Source of the DNA: an uncultured Spirochaetota bacterium
GTDB lineage: Bacteria > Spirochaetota > Spirochaetia > SZUA-6 > CAVTHK01
Assembly: GCA_963734495.1 (NCBI GenBank)
Contig: CAVTHK010000002.1
Span: 195,346-259,345, forward strand
Length of the DNA: 64,000 nt
Reading direction: 5' to 3'
Within the stretch, counting starts at the first letter, position 1. Each line of letters begins with the position of its first letter. Below, piece after piece: positions 32,039 to 41,369 of this stretch. The position numbers were made by a program, and so were the translations under genes. The notes beneath the pieces were generated by a model. It was given only the letters and a program-made list of their open reading frames with translations. It had not been told where the DNA came from and did not search any database.

Positions 32039-33716
32039 AGAGCTGTCGGTTCTGAACTACGCGCTCATCGACAGGGTTCACGTGCGCTTTTCGCGGGGCC
32101 TCAACGTGCTCACCGGGGAGACCGGCGCGGGGAAATCGATCCTGGTCGGCGCGCTCGGGCTGCTGCTCGGGCAGAAGGCCGACACGACGGTCATCCGCGC
32201 GGGAGCCGATGAGACCGTGGTTCACGGCGTCGTGAGCGTCTCCGAGAACCCCGAGGCGATGGCGTGGCTCGCTTCCCGCGGCCTCGAGCCGGAGGACGGG
32301 TCGGTGATCGTGCGGCGCGTCATCAAGCGCTCCGGCCGCGGCGCCGCGTTCGTGCAGTCCGCCGCGGTGACGCGCGCGGACCTGCAGGAGCTCTCGGCGC
32401 TGCTCTTCGACTACCACGGACAGCACGAGCACCAGTCCCTCCTCGAGGTCGAGAACCACAGGCGGCTGCTCGACCGGTTCGCCGGGGCCGAGGGGCTCGC
32501 AGCCGAGGTCACGTCGCTCTTCCAGGGGTGGTCGACCGCCCGGGCGAGCCTCGCGAAGCTCGCGGCGAGCGAGCGGGAGCGTCTCCGCGAGATCGACCTT
32601 CTCGGCTTCGCGGTCAAGGAGATCGACGAGGCCGCGCTCGCGCCCGACGAGGAGGAGCGGATCGAGGCGGAGCACAACGTGCTCGCGAACCACGAGAAGC
32701 TCTTCCGCCTGCTCGAGGAGGTGCACGAGCTGCTCACCGCGAGCGGCGCCGGCGCGCTGGCCGCGCTGCGCCGCTCGCGCGAGGCCATGGAGGAGATCGC
32801 GCAGATCGACGCGGGCCTCGCCAAGGCGAGCCACCAGCTCCAGGATGCCTTCTTCGAGATCGAGGACTTCGCCGCGACCGTCCGCGGCTACATCTCCGAT
32901 GAGCGCTACGACCCCGCGCGCCTCGCGGAGGTCGACGCCCGGCTCGCCCTCATCCAGGGGCTCAAGCGCAAGTACGGGGACTCGCTGGCGGACGTCCTCG
33001 CGTACCGCGAGCGGTGCGCGAGGGAGCTCGACGCGCTGGAGAACTTCGAGGGAGAAAAGGAAAAGCTCACCGCCGAGATCCAGCGCCTCGCGGGCCTGTT
33101 GCAGCAAAAGGCGTCCGAGCTCTCCGAGCGCCGCAAGGCCGCGGCCGTGCGCCTCCAGCAGGCGATCGAGGCCGAGCTGGCCCAGCTGGGCATGCCGAAG
33201 TCCCGCTTCGGCGTCCTCGTGCAGCCGCACCGCAGCGAGGAGGGCAAGCCCGCCATCGGGGCGCAGGGGCTCGACGATGTCGAGTTCGTCATCGCGCCCA
33301 ACGTGGGCGAGCCGTTCAAGCGCCTGCGGCTCATCGCCTCGGGAGGCGAGATCTCGCGCGTGATGCTCGCGATCAAGAGCGTGCTCGTCGAATCCGACCA
33401 TATCAGTACGCTGATCTTCGACGAGGTGGACACGGGCGTGGGCGGCCAGGTGGCCCTCGCGGTCGGCGAGCGCCTGGCGAAGCTCGCTTCGAGCAAGCAG
33501 CTCCTGTGCATCACCCACCTGGCAACGATCGCCGTGAGGGCCGATAATCACCTGAGGGTGGAAAAGACCGAGAGCGGGGGCCGCACCCTCACGCGCGTCG
33601 AGAGCGTCAAGGCGGAACGGCAGGCCGCGGAGATCTCGCGGATGCTTTCCGGCGACGCCGAGAGCGAGACGTCGCTCCATCACGCCCGGGAGCTGATGGA
33701 GCGGTACGGAGCGTAG
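32031..33716 (+). CDS. recN: DNA repair protein RecN
   Basis: LTGETGAGKS, HGQHEHQSL, IASGGEISRVMLA, LIFDEVDTG, LCITHL. Confidence 0.97.
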   Translation: MLEELSVLNYALIDRVHVRFSRGLNVLTGETGAGKSILVGALGLLLGQKADTTVIRAGADETVVHGVVSVSENPEAMAWLASRGLEPEDGSVIVRRVIKRSGRGAAFVQSAAVTRADLQELSALLFDYHGQHEHQSLLEVENHRRLLDRFAGAEGLAAEVTSLFQGWSTARASLAKLAASERERLREIDLLGFAVKEIDEAALAPDEEERIEAEHNVLANHEKLFRLLEEVHELLTASGAGALAALRRSREAMEEIAQIDAGLAKASHQLQDAFFEIEDFAATVRGYISDERYDPARLAEVDARLALIQGLKRKYGDSLADVLAYRERCARELDALENFEGEKEKLTAEIQRLAGLLQQKASELSERRKAAAVRLQQAIEAELAQLGMPKSRFGVLVQPHRSEEGKPAIGAQGLDDVEFVIAPNVGEPFKRLRLIASGGEISRVMLAIKSVLVESDHISTLIFDEVDTGVGGQVALAVGERLAKLASSKQLLCITHLATIAVRADNHLRVEKTESGGRTLTRVESVKAERQAAEISRMLSGDAESETSLHHARELMERYGA

Positions 33717-33724
33717 AGCGGGTC

Positions 33725-34567
33725 ATGGCGAAGATCGGGGAGCTCGCGCGCAAGCGCTACAACGACTTTATCAAGGAGTACAAGGGGGCCTCCGCGGCGA
33801 TCCTCGAGGAGGACCGTCGCGAGTCGGCGGGCCTGCGCAAGGGGGACCTCGCCCAGACGGAAACCCGGGTCAAGCTCGCGAACAGGGCCCTCAACCTGGT
33901 CGCCTACTACACCCTGATGAACTCGCTGTCCCTGGCGCTGCTGAACGTCAGGAACGACTCCATTCTCAACGAGGCGCGCAAGGCCTGCTACAAGGCGATC
34001 ATCCACCTCGAGGACGTCGTCTCCACCTGCATCGACTGCCCCTTTGGCGACTACGAGGCCGGCGTGGCGGCCATCGACGGGGTCCTGGGGGACAAGGAAA
34101 AGCACGACCTGGTGCGCAAGCTCGGCTATTCGATCGCGAGCGTCAAGGACGGCTTCGGGAGCAACTCCAAGTGGAAATGGTCCTTTGTAGAGATCGAAGG
34201 CCGCTTCGCGGTCGTGGTCAAGAACCTGATCAACTTCAAGAACCTGCTGGCGAAGCTCGACCCCTCGCACAGGAGCTATGACGCCGTGCTGTACCACCTC
34301 GGCCTCGCGCAGCGGACGCTCGAGAAATCCGCGCTCGACTATCGCGAGAAGTACGAGCTCGTCACCCGGCGGCACGACGACATGGAGCGCGCGATCGCCT
34401 TCCTTTCCGCGCTGCGCCGCGTGTACGTCCTGCTCGGCGAGAGCGACAAGGCCGAGGGCCTGAAGCGCAAGGTCGACGTCTGGCGCACCAAGCTCACCAC
34501 GGACCTCAAGGGGAAGAAGACCGACCAGCAGGTGCCGCGCGCCAAAGAAGGTCAGAGCGGGACGTGA
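33725..34567 (+). CDS. hypothetical helical protein
   Basis: 280-aa ORF with typical codon bias in operon position; LNEARKACYK and SKWKWSFVEIEGR segments. Confidence 0.75.
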   Translation: MAKIGELARKRYNDFIKEYKGASAAILEEDRRESAGLRKGDLAQTETRVKLANRALNLVAYYTLMNSLSLALLNVRNDSILNEARKACYKAIIHLEDVVSTCIDCPFGDYEAGVAAIDGVLGDKEKHDLVRKLGYSIASVKDGFGSNSKWKWSFVEIEGRFAVVVKNLINFKNLLAKLDPSHRSYDAVLYHLGLAQRTLEKSALDYREKYELVTRRHDDMERAIAFLSALRRVYVLLGESDKAEGLKRKVDVWRTKLTTDLKGKKTDQQVPRAKEGQSGT

Positions 34568-35637
34568 GCGCGAAAAAGAAGAGTCACACCCTCGCCGCCG
34601 CGGCGGGGCTCGCGGTCGCGTATGTCGCACTGTTCCCGCTGCCGATGGAGCGGGAGCTGGTGGCGGGGCCGGCGTGGGCGATCGAGACGGGCGGGCCGGT
34701 GTCGGCCGGCGCGGGCGCCGGCCGGGCGCGGCCGTTCCTGAGCGGCGGCCGCGTCGGGTACTACGATCCCGCGGGCGCGCTGCTGTACTCCGAGCCTGTC
34801 CTCTACAGCGCTTCCACCGGCGCGGCTTCCTTTATCAATTACTCGAGGCTGCCGACCAGCCTGGTCGTCAAGGACCCGCGCGGGGCCTTCCTCGAGGCGA
34901 TTCCGGCGCGCGGCTACCCGCTGCTCGACGCCGCCGGCGAGCGCATCCTCCTCGTGTCGCTCGACGGCAAGGGGCTCGCGGAGGTGGACCGGTCCGGGGA
35001 CACCCTGTGGCGCCTGGAGTTCCCCTCGCTGATCACGACGCTCGATTTCCGGGACGCCGGCCTGCTGGTCGGTCTCCTCGACGGCACTCTCTCGCTCTAC
35101 GACCGCGCCGGCAAGGCCCTCTACAGCCTGAAACCGCCGGCCAGCCGCGTGCCCGCGGTCTTCGGGTGCGCGGCGCGCTCGGACGCGCTCGCGTGCGTCG
35201 CCGGGATCGACCCGCAGCGGCTCATCGTCGTGGCCCGCAACGAGGGCCGGTTCCAGGTCGCGGTCGACACGGCGCTCGCCTCGGATTTCCGCCGCGAGGT
35301 CCTCGTCCGCTTCGCCGCCGCCGGCCACACCCTCTACTTCGAGGAGCCTGAGGGCCTGGGGCTCCTGGATCTCCGCTCGCGGGCCGTGCGCACGGTGCCG
35401 CTGCCGGGCTCCGTGCGGGCGATCGCGGAGGCGCCCGGCAACCGGCTGTGGGCGGCGCTGTACTCCGGAGCCGGCTCGGGCGGGAGCGCCTCCGGCCTGC
35501 GCATCTACGCGGCTGCCGATCGCCTCGTCTTCCGCGAGACCCTTCCCCCGGCGGCCGATTTCCTGGCCGGGTCGGACACGGGGTTCGTGGTGGGGCTCGG
35601 GCCGCGGCTCGTGGGCCTGGAGGTCCGCCGTGAGTAG
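34564..35637 (+). CDS. membrane-anchored beta-propeller-like hypothetical protein
   Basis: N-terminal TM segment, repeated DxxGxxLW/Y blades; GTGA overlap. Confidence 0.65.
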   Translation: MSAKKKSHTLAAAAGLAVAYVALFPLPMERELVAGPAWAIETGGPVSAGAGAGRARPFLSGGRVGYYDPAGALLYSEPVLYSASTGAASFINYSRLPTSLVVKDPRGAFLEAIPARGYPLLDAAGERILLVSLDGKGLAEVDRSGDTLWRLEFPSLITTLDFRDAGLLVGLLDGTLSLYDRAGKALYSLKPPASRVPAVFGCAARSDALACVAGIDPQRLIVVARNEGRFQVAVDTALASDFRREVLVRFAAAGHTLYFEEPEGLGLLDLRSRAVRTVPLPGSVRAIAEAPGNRLWAALYSGAGSGGSASGLRIYAAADRLVFRETLPPAADFLAGSDTGFVVGLGPRLVGLEVRRE

Positions 35638-36712
35638 GGCAGGGCGGGCCGCGGCCCTCGCGGCCGCCGCGCTCGGCCTGGCGGCCGCGGCGTCGGGGCT
35701 CGACTGGCCGGTCGAGCAGCCGGCGCTGCTGGGAACGTTCGGGGCGAGCGAAGCGGGGGCTTTCGCCGACGGCATCGAGCTGAGCGGCGCGGGCCAGGCG
35801 GTCTGGCCGGTCGCGGACGGGGAGGTGATCTTCCGCTACCGCGACGGCGACTACAGCTCGTTTCCGCGGGGCAGCGGCAACATGGTGGCGCTGCTGCACG
35901 AGGGCGACATCATGTCTGTCTACTCGCACCTGGCGCCCCCGACCGCCTCGGCCGGCGCGGGGCCGGGCGGCTCCGTTCGCGTGCGCGCCCGCCCGCGCCA
36001 GCTCACCGCGGCCGAGCTCGACGAGGTGGCGCGCGCCGCCGGCGACGCGGGGGCTCTCGTGCGGTCGAGCTACGAGAGGCGGGGCGACCGCTTCGTGCTG
36101 CGGCCGGACGTGCCGGCCGCGACCCTGGCCCAGCTCTGGGCCGCGGCCGCCCGCTCGGCCGCGTTCGCCCCGCTCGGCGTCGTCGGCGACAGCGGCGCCG
36201 TGGAGGGCCCGAGGCTCACGCTCGTTCTCCTCGACGAGCGCGAGCGCCGATTCCTGAACCCCATCAAGCCCGACAAGGCCCCGCTGCAGCCCCCGCTGCC
36301 CGCGGGGCGCGCCGCACCCGTGATCGAGCAGGTGCTGCTCGAGCGCGAAGGCGACCGGACGCCGCTCGCCGACGGCATGGTGGTGTCCGCGGGCTCCGCG
36401 CAGGTCCTGGTCGTGGCCTACGACTCGGTGACCCACGGCGGGTTCGCCCGCAGGGTGGCGCCCTATCGGCTCACGCTGACGTACTCGGGGCAGATCGTTC
36501 GGGAGGTCAAGCTGGAGGGCCTCATGGAGTCCGAAGGAAAGCTCGTCCTGGCGGGAACCCGCTCGAGCCATGACGACGTCTACGCGGACCGATGGACCTA
36601 CCGGCTCGGCCGCGTCGTGCTGCCCGAAGGGCAGGCTCGCCTGCAGGTGCGCGTCGAGGGGATCGGCGGCGCCAGCGGCACCTTGGACCTGCGCCTGCAG
36701 GTCGTGCCGTGA
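35630..36712 (+). CDS. M23 peptidase-like secreted protein, degenerate active site
   Basis: Signal peptide, LDWPV, FG..DGIEL, VWPVADGEVIF, GNMVALLH, SVYSHL, GDSG, FLNP. Confidence 0.65.
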   Translation: MSRAGRAAALAAAALGLAAAASGLDWPVEQPALLGTFGASEAGAFADGIELSGAGQAVWPVADGEVIFRYRDGDYSSFPRGSGNMVALLHEGDIMSVYSHLAPPTASAGAGPGGSVRVRARPRQLTAAELDEVARAAGDAGALVRSSYERRGDRFVLRPDVPAATLAQLWAAAARSAAFAPLGVVGDSGAVEGPRLTLVLLDERERRFLNPIKPDKAPLQPPLPAGRAAPVIEQVLLEREGDRTPLADGMVVSAGSAQVLVVAYDSVTHGGFARRVAPYRLTLTYSGQIVREVKLEGLMESEGKLVLAGTRSSHDDVYADRWTYRLGRVVLPEGQARLQVRVEGIGGASGTLDLRLQVVP

Positions 36713-37584
36713 AACGAGCCCGCCGGCAAAGGACCCCTGCCCCGATGAAGACCTTTTCCGTCGGGCCGCAGGCGGAGCGCTTTCTCGAGGTAGGCTGCAA
36801 CCTCTGCGGCTCCCGCGAGAGGCGGCTCGCGCTGCGCTGCGAAGGTTTCAGCTTCTGGCGCTGCCGCCGCTGCGGCCTCGTCTACCAGAACCCGCAGCCC
36901 GTGTTCGAGGACCTGCGCCGCCGCTACGGCGAGGGCTACTTCGATTACGAGCTGGAGAACGACCGCAACTTCTTCAACCTGATGAAGCTCGGCCTGCGGG
37001 ACATCGGGTTCCACGACCTGCCGGTCGACCGCTTTGCCGCGCGCAGCTTTCTCGACGTCGGCTGCGCGACCGGCATGCTCGTCGAGCACATGCGGGGGCT
37101 CGGGTGGCAGGCCCGGGGGGTGGAGATCTGCGAGGCGTCCGCGCGATACGGCAGGGAGCGGCGCGGCGTGGACATCGCCCTCGGCACCCTCGAGGAGCTG
37201 CGCCTCGACGACGCCTCCTTCTCCGTCGTCCACTTCTCCCACGTCATCGAGCACGTCCCCGACCCCAAGGCGATGCTGCGCGAGGTGCGCCGGATCCTCA
37301 CCCCCGATGGGATGGCGATCATCACGACCCCCAACGTCAACGGCTTCCAGGCGCGCCTCTTCGGACGCCGCTGGCGCAGCGCGATCGCGGATCACCTGAC
37401 CCTGTTCACCAGGCGGACCCTCCGCGCCATGCTCGCCGAGACCGGGTTCCGTGTCCTGCGGGTCGTGACGTGGGGCGGGCTCGCCGTGGGCACCGCGCCG
37501 CCGCTCATCAAGCGCCCCGCGGACCGGCTCGCGAAGAAGCTGGGCTTCGGTGACGTCATGCTCTTCCAGGCCGTGCCCGAGTAG
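36709..37584 (+). CDS. class I SAM-dependent methyltransferase with an N-terminal Zn ribbon
   Basis: CNLCGS..CRRCGL, FLDVGCATG, HVIEHVPDP, ITTPN; start 36709 or 36745. Confidence 0.88.
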   Translation: MKRARRQRTPAPMKTFSVGPQAERFLEVGCNLCGSRERRLALRCEGFSFWRCRRCGLVYQNPQPVFEDLRRRYGEGYFDYELENDRNFFNLMKLGLRDIGFHDLPVDRFAARSFLDVGCATGMLVEHMRGLGWQARGVEICEASARYGRERRGVDIALGTLEELRLDDASFSVVHFSHVIEHVPDPKAMLREVRRILTPDGMAIITTPNVNGFQARLFGRRWRSAIADHLTLFTRRTLRAMLAETGFRVLRVVTWGGLAVGTAPPLIKRPADRLAKKLGFGDVMLFQAVPE

Positions 37585-37678
37585 GTCCCTGCAGGGTTGC
37601 TCGACACGCCGACCGTTCGCGCCGCTTCCGCCGGCGCTTCCGATCCGCGCTCTCGCCCGCAGCTCTCGCCCGCAGGGG

Positions 37679-37708
37679 TTGACACTCGCTTGCGCACTTA
37701 GCTAGTAT
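37679..37708 (+). promoter_or_regulatory. sigma70 promoter of the DUF4912-GH57 operon
   Basis: TTGACA-N18-TAGTAT. Confidence 0.65.
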
Positions 37709-37808
37709 GGCCGTGCGCGGTGCATCACGATCACTCCTTCGAGTCCATTGACGGCATCCGTCATCAGTGGGGGCAGCCCGCGCAAGAGGGGGATGAGAAG
37801 GAGAGGGC

Positions 37809-38519
37809 ATGACCAGAGAGCGACTGCAGTCTCTTCCTCTGGAGGAGCTGCGACGGTTTGCTGAGAGACAGAGCATCGAGTTCGACAGCGCCATCGACAA
37901 GGACTCACTGGTCAGCCTGCTGGTCGATCTCTTCGAGGAGATGGCCGAGGAGCGCGAGGAGCAGGCGGGCCGCGAAGTCAAGGTCGAGGCAAAAAAGTTC
38001 AGCATCAGCTCGGACGAGGAGATCGAGACCGGGGATGCGGGCTATGCCCCGGTGCCCGAGAGCTACAACGAGACGCGGCTGGTCGCCATGCCTCGCGACC
38101 CGGCGTGGGCATTCGCCTACTGGGAAATCCAGGCGGACAAGCTTGCGCAGCTGCGCAAGGACAAGGATGTCCGCCTCGTGCTCCGCGTCCACGACGTCGA
38201 GGGCGTCCGCTTCAACGGACGCAACTCGCGCTCGAGCTTCGACATCCCCGTCAAGCTCACCGATTCGCGGTGGTACATCAATCTGCCCCGCGCGGGCGGG
38301 CGTTTCGTCCTGGAGCTGCTGTACAAGAAGCGGGGCAAGGAGCACGAGCTGGTGCGGTCGAACGTGATCGAAACCCCGTCCGAGGGCTTCTCGGAGCGTA
38401 CGGACCCGGGCTGGAGCTCCGCGAACGGAGAGACGGTGCTCACGATGTCGCTGCACCGTTCCGTCGGCGAGATCCCGAGCTCGGGATCCATCCCCCAGCG
38501 GATCCTGTCCGAAGGTTAG
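37809..38519 (+). CDS. DUF4912 domain protein
   Basis: Rho-N-like N-terminus; PESYNETRLVAMPRDPAWAFAYWE, LRVHDV, WYINLP, RSNVIETP; upstream of GH57. Confidence 0.85.
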   Translation: MTRERLQSLPLEELRRFAERQSIEFDSAIDKDSLVSLLVDLFEEMAEEREEQAGREVKVEAKKFSISSDEEIETGDAGYAPVPESYNETRLVAMPRDPAWAFAYWEIQADKLAQLRKDKDVRLVLRVHDVEGVRFNGRNSRSSFDIPVKLTDSRWYINLPRAGGRFVLELLYKKRGKEHELVRSNVIETPSEGFSERTDPGWSSANGETVLTMSLHRSVGEIPSSGSIPQRILSEG

Positions 38520-38526
38520 GGTGCCC

Positions 38527-40107
38527 ATGCCGAAGGCCTTCCTCGCTCTCGTGCTCCACGCGCACCTCCCGTTCGTTCGCCATCCGGAGTACAAGCGCTT
38601 TCTCGAAGAGAACTGGCTGTTCGAGGGCATCTCCGAGACGTACCTGCCCCTGATCCGCGTGTTCGAGCGCCTCATCGAGAAGAACGTGAAGTTCCGCATC
38701 TGCGTCTCGGTGTCACCGACGCTGACGACGATGCTGCGCGATCCGCTGCTGCAGGAGCGCTACATCGCGCACCTCAAGCTCACCATCGACCTCGCGCACA
38801 AGGAGGCCGACCGGACGCGCTCGGTGCCGGAGCTCCACAAGCTCGCCCTCATGTACCTCTCGCTGTACGAGCGCAATCTCGAGGACTTCGCCGAGAGGCA
38901 CGGCCGCGACCTGCCGGGGGTCCTGCGGAGGATGCGCGACCAGGGGTTCCTCGACCTGATCACGACGAGCGCGACTCACGCGTTCCTGCCGGCGCTGCGC
39001 GATTACCCCAAGGGGGCGGAGGCGCAGATCAAGGTCGCGGTCGACTACCATTCGGAGGTCTTTGGAAGGCGGCCGCGCGGGTTCTGGCTTCCGGAGTGCG
39101 GGTACTACCCCGGCCTCGAGGAGCTCCTGGAGAAGCACGGGCTCACGTACTTCTTCGTGGACTCGCACGGAATCGCGTACGCGGACACGCGGCCCGAGTA
39201 CGGCGTCTTCGCGCCGATCGCCTGCCCCAACGGCATCGTCGCGTTCGGCCGCGATCCCGAGGCCGCGCGGGCGGTCTGGTCGCAGGAGGAAGGCTACCCC
39301 GGCGACGTCTCCTACCGCGAGTTCTATCGGGACATCGGCTTCGATCTCCCGCTGGAGTACATCCGGCCCTACATTCTCGAGGGCGACATCCGGGTCAACA
39401 CCGGGCTCAAGTATCACGCCATCTCCGGCCGCCACGAGCAGAAGGTGCCCTACGACCGCGAGGAGGCGCTGCGCAAGGTGCGCGAGCACGCCGAGAACTT
39501 CCTCTATCGCCAGCGCAAGCAGGCGGAGAAGCTCGAGCGGCTCATCGACCGGCCGCCGCTGATCGTGGCGCCCTTCGACGCGGAGCTGTTCGGTCACTGG
39601 TGGTTCGAGGGGCCCGAGTGGATCGAGGCGGTCATCAGCAGGATCGCCTCCGACGAGACATGGCTGGAAATGATCGCGCCCGAGGACTACCTCAAGCGAT
39701 TCGACAAGAACCAGCCCGCGACGCCGTCATTCTCGAGCTGGGGCGACAGGGGGTATGCGTCGGTCTGGGTCGACGGCAGCAACGACTGGATCTACCCGCA
39801 CATGCACAAGGCGATCGAGCGCATGGGCGAGCTGGCCCACCGGTTCGAGACGTGCGACGGGATGCGGCGCCGGACGCTGAACCAGGCGGCGCGCGAGGTC
39901 ATGCTCATGCAGGCTTCGGACTGGGCCTTCATCATGAAGACCGGGACCACGGTGCCGTACGCCGTGCGCAGGGTGCGGGAGCACATCAGCAACTTCAACC
40001 GCATCTACACCGACCTGCTGGCCAACTCCGTCGACCTCGAGTGGCTGGGTCAGCTCGAGAAGCGCAACAACGTGTTCCCGGAGATCGACTACAAGATCTT
40101 CGGCTGA
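38527..40107 (+). CDS. GH57 1,4-alpha-glucan branching enzyme (DUF1957)
   Basis: LVLHAHLPFV, ETYLPL, GFWLPECGY, YREFYRD, PFDAELFGHWWFEG, QASDWAF. Confidence 0.93.
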   Translation: MPKAFLALVLHAHLPFVRHPEYKRFLEENWLFEGISETYLPLIRVFERLIEKNVKFRICVSVSPTLTTMLRDPLLQERYIAHLKLTIDLAHKEADRTRSVPELHKLALMYLSLYERNLEDFAERHGRDLPGVLRRMRDQGFLDLITTSATHAFLPALRDYPKGAEAQIKVAVDYHSEVFGRRPRGFWLPECGYYPGLEELLEKHGLTYFFVDSHGIAYADTRPEYGVFAPIACPNGIVAFGRDPEAARAVWSQEEGYPGDVSYREFYRDIGFDLPLEYIRPYILEGDIRVNTGLKYHAISGRHEQKVPYDREEALRKVREHAENFLYRQRKQAEKLERLIDRPPLIVAPFDAELFGHWWFEGPEWIEAVISRIASDETWLEMIAPEDYLKRFDKNQPATPSFSSWGDRGYASVWVDGSNDWIYPHMHKAIERMGELAHRFETCDGMRRRTLNQAAREVMLMQASDWAFIMKTGTTVPYAVRRVREHISNFNRIYTDLLANSVDLEWLGQLEKRNNVFPEIDYKIFG

Positions 40108-40127
40108 CCGGCGGGCCCGGGTCGCGC

Positions 40128-40352
40128 TCAGAGCTCGTCGCGGCGGACGAGCTCGAGATGATACGAAACCGTTTCCTCGCCCCTTTCGACGTCCGTGCTC
40201 ATGCGGTAGACGCGGTAGACGATCATGCGCGCGCCGGGCGGCGGGTCGACGGGATTGCCGTTCAGATCGACGAGCTGGTTGATGCGCAGGCGGTGCGCGA
40301 TCTCCTGGGCGTCGCCTTCGGGATAGACGACCTGGTAGGAGGTGCGCGTCAC
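40128..40352 (-). CDS. small hypothetical protein (74 aa)
   Basis: GTG start overlapping the upstream stop; protein-like sequence YQVVYPEGD..YHLELV. Confidence 0.6.
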   Translation of the reverse strand: MTRTSYQVVYPEGDAQEIAHRLRINQLVDLNGNPVDPPPGARMIVYRVYRMSTDVERGEETVSYHLELVRRDEL

Positions 40353-40639
40353 TCCGTGTCTTCCCCCTGCTTGTCCGCCACGAGCCCGAACGGCATGACC
40401 CTGCGCCCCTTCTTCTCCTCGAGCTCCTCGATGAGGATCACGGTCTGAAACGGGATCATGATGTGATTGCTCTCGCTGAAAGTGCGCCGCACCTCGTCCT
40501 CCGACGGGTTGATGATGATCTTCTTCCCGGCAGGGAACACGAGGTCCTTGATGGAAACGAAATAGGGGTGAGTCAGGTCGAGACTGCGGGCCTGGAGGCT
40601 GATCTCCTTGTCCTTCCACTTGAAGTGGACGCGGTACAT
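40349..40639 (-). CDS. DUF1820-like small protein
   Basis: MYRVHF..FVSIKDLVF..IIINPSEDEVRRTF..IPFQTVILIEE; GGAGG RBS. Confidence 0.7.
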   Translation of the reverse strand: MYRVHFKWKDKEISLQARSLDLTHPYFVSIKDLVFPAGKKIIINPSEDEVRRTFSESNHIMIPFQTVILIEELEEKKGRRVMPFGLVADKQGEDTE

Positions 40640-40846
40640 TCGCGGCTCCTCCGAGGCCCGCGTACAGTAACACCAGCCGCTGCGGAGCGTCAAACCGGCG
40701 CCGGCCGGGCTGTGGATCGGGGAAACTGCGCCGCAGGGACGCGCAGGGTTGCTCTGTCCGGCGCACCGGACGAGAATCACTTAACAGACATATAGATTAT
40801 TGCGCTTCTCACCGCGGGAATTCTGTCGATTGAAGGGGCCCGGGAA

Positions 40847-40918
40847 TTGACAACTCTCCGGCGCAGGCTAATATAGGCTCTGGGTGGGAAAAAGTGGGAA
40901 TAAGTGGAAGTGAGTGGC
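40847..40918 (+). promoter_or_regulatory. dcw promoter with MraZ-binding GTGG(G) direct repeats
   Basis: TTGACA at 40847, TAATAT at 40869; GTGGG/GTGGG/GTGGA/GTGGC at 40884, 40894, 40904, 40914 (10-bp period). Confidence 0.75.
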
Positions 40919-40919
40919 G

Positions 40920-41363
40920 ATGATCACCGGCGAGTACCGCTATTCACTCGACGAAAAAGGAAGGCTCATGATCCCCGCCAAGGTGAGGGCCGAGATCACG
41001 GGAAACGTGCTCGTCCTGACCCGGGGGATCGATCGGTGCCTGTGGCTCTTTCCGCCGGAGCAGTGGAAGGCCAAGTCCGAGCAGCTCCTTTCGTCGACCT
41101 CCTTGTTCCACGAGAAGGATCGGCTGATCCACCGCCGGATCATCGCTCCCGCCCAGGAAATCGAAATCGACCGTCCGGGAAGGATCATGATCCCGGCGAC
41201 GCTGCGCGAGTACGGAGGTCTCACAAAGGACTGCATCGTCCTCGGCATGCTGACCCATCTCGAGGTGTGGGACGAGCCGACCTATCGGCAGTACTGGGAG
41301 ACGAGCGAAAGCCGCTTCCTCGAGGCGGCTGAGGAGATCGGAGACCGCCTGAGGACGAGGTAG
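40920..41363 (+). CDS. mraZ: transcriptional regulator MraZ
   Basis: GEYRYSLDEKGRLMIP, EIDRPGRIMIP, LEVWD. Confidence 0.96.
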   Translation: MITGEYRYSLDEKGRLMIPAKVRAEITGNVLVLTRGIDRCLWLFPPEQWKAKSEQLLSSTSLFHEKDRLIHRRIIAPAQEIEIDRPGRIMIPATLREYGGLTKDCIVLGMLTHLEVWDEPTYRQYWETSESRFLEAAEEIGDRLRTR

Positions 41364-41369
41364 ACGCCG

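Noticed and set aside
37740-37772. CTGATGA on the minus strand as a hammerhead ribozyme core
   Set aside because: No GAAA after stem II and no stem I/III arrangement.
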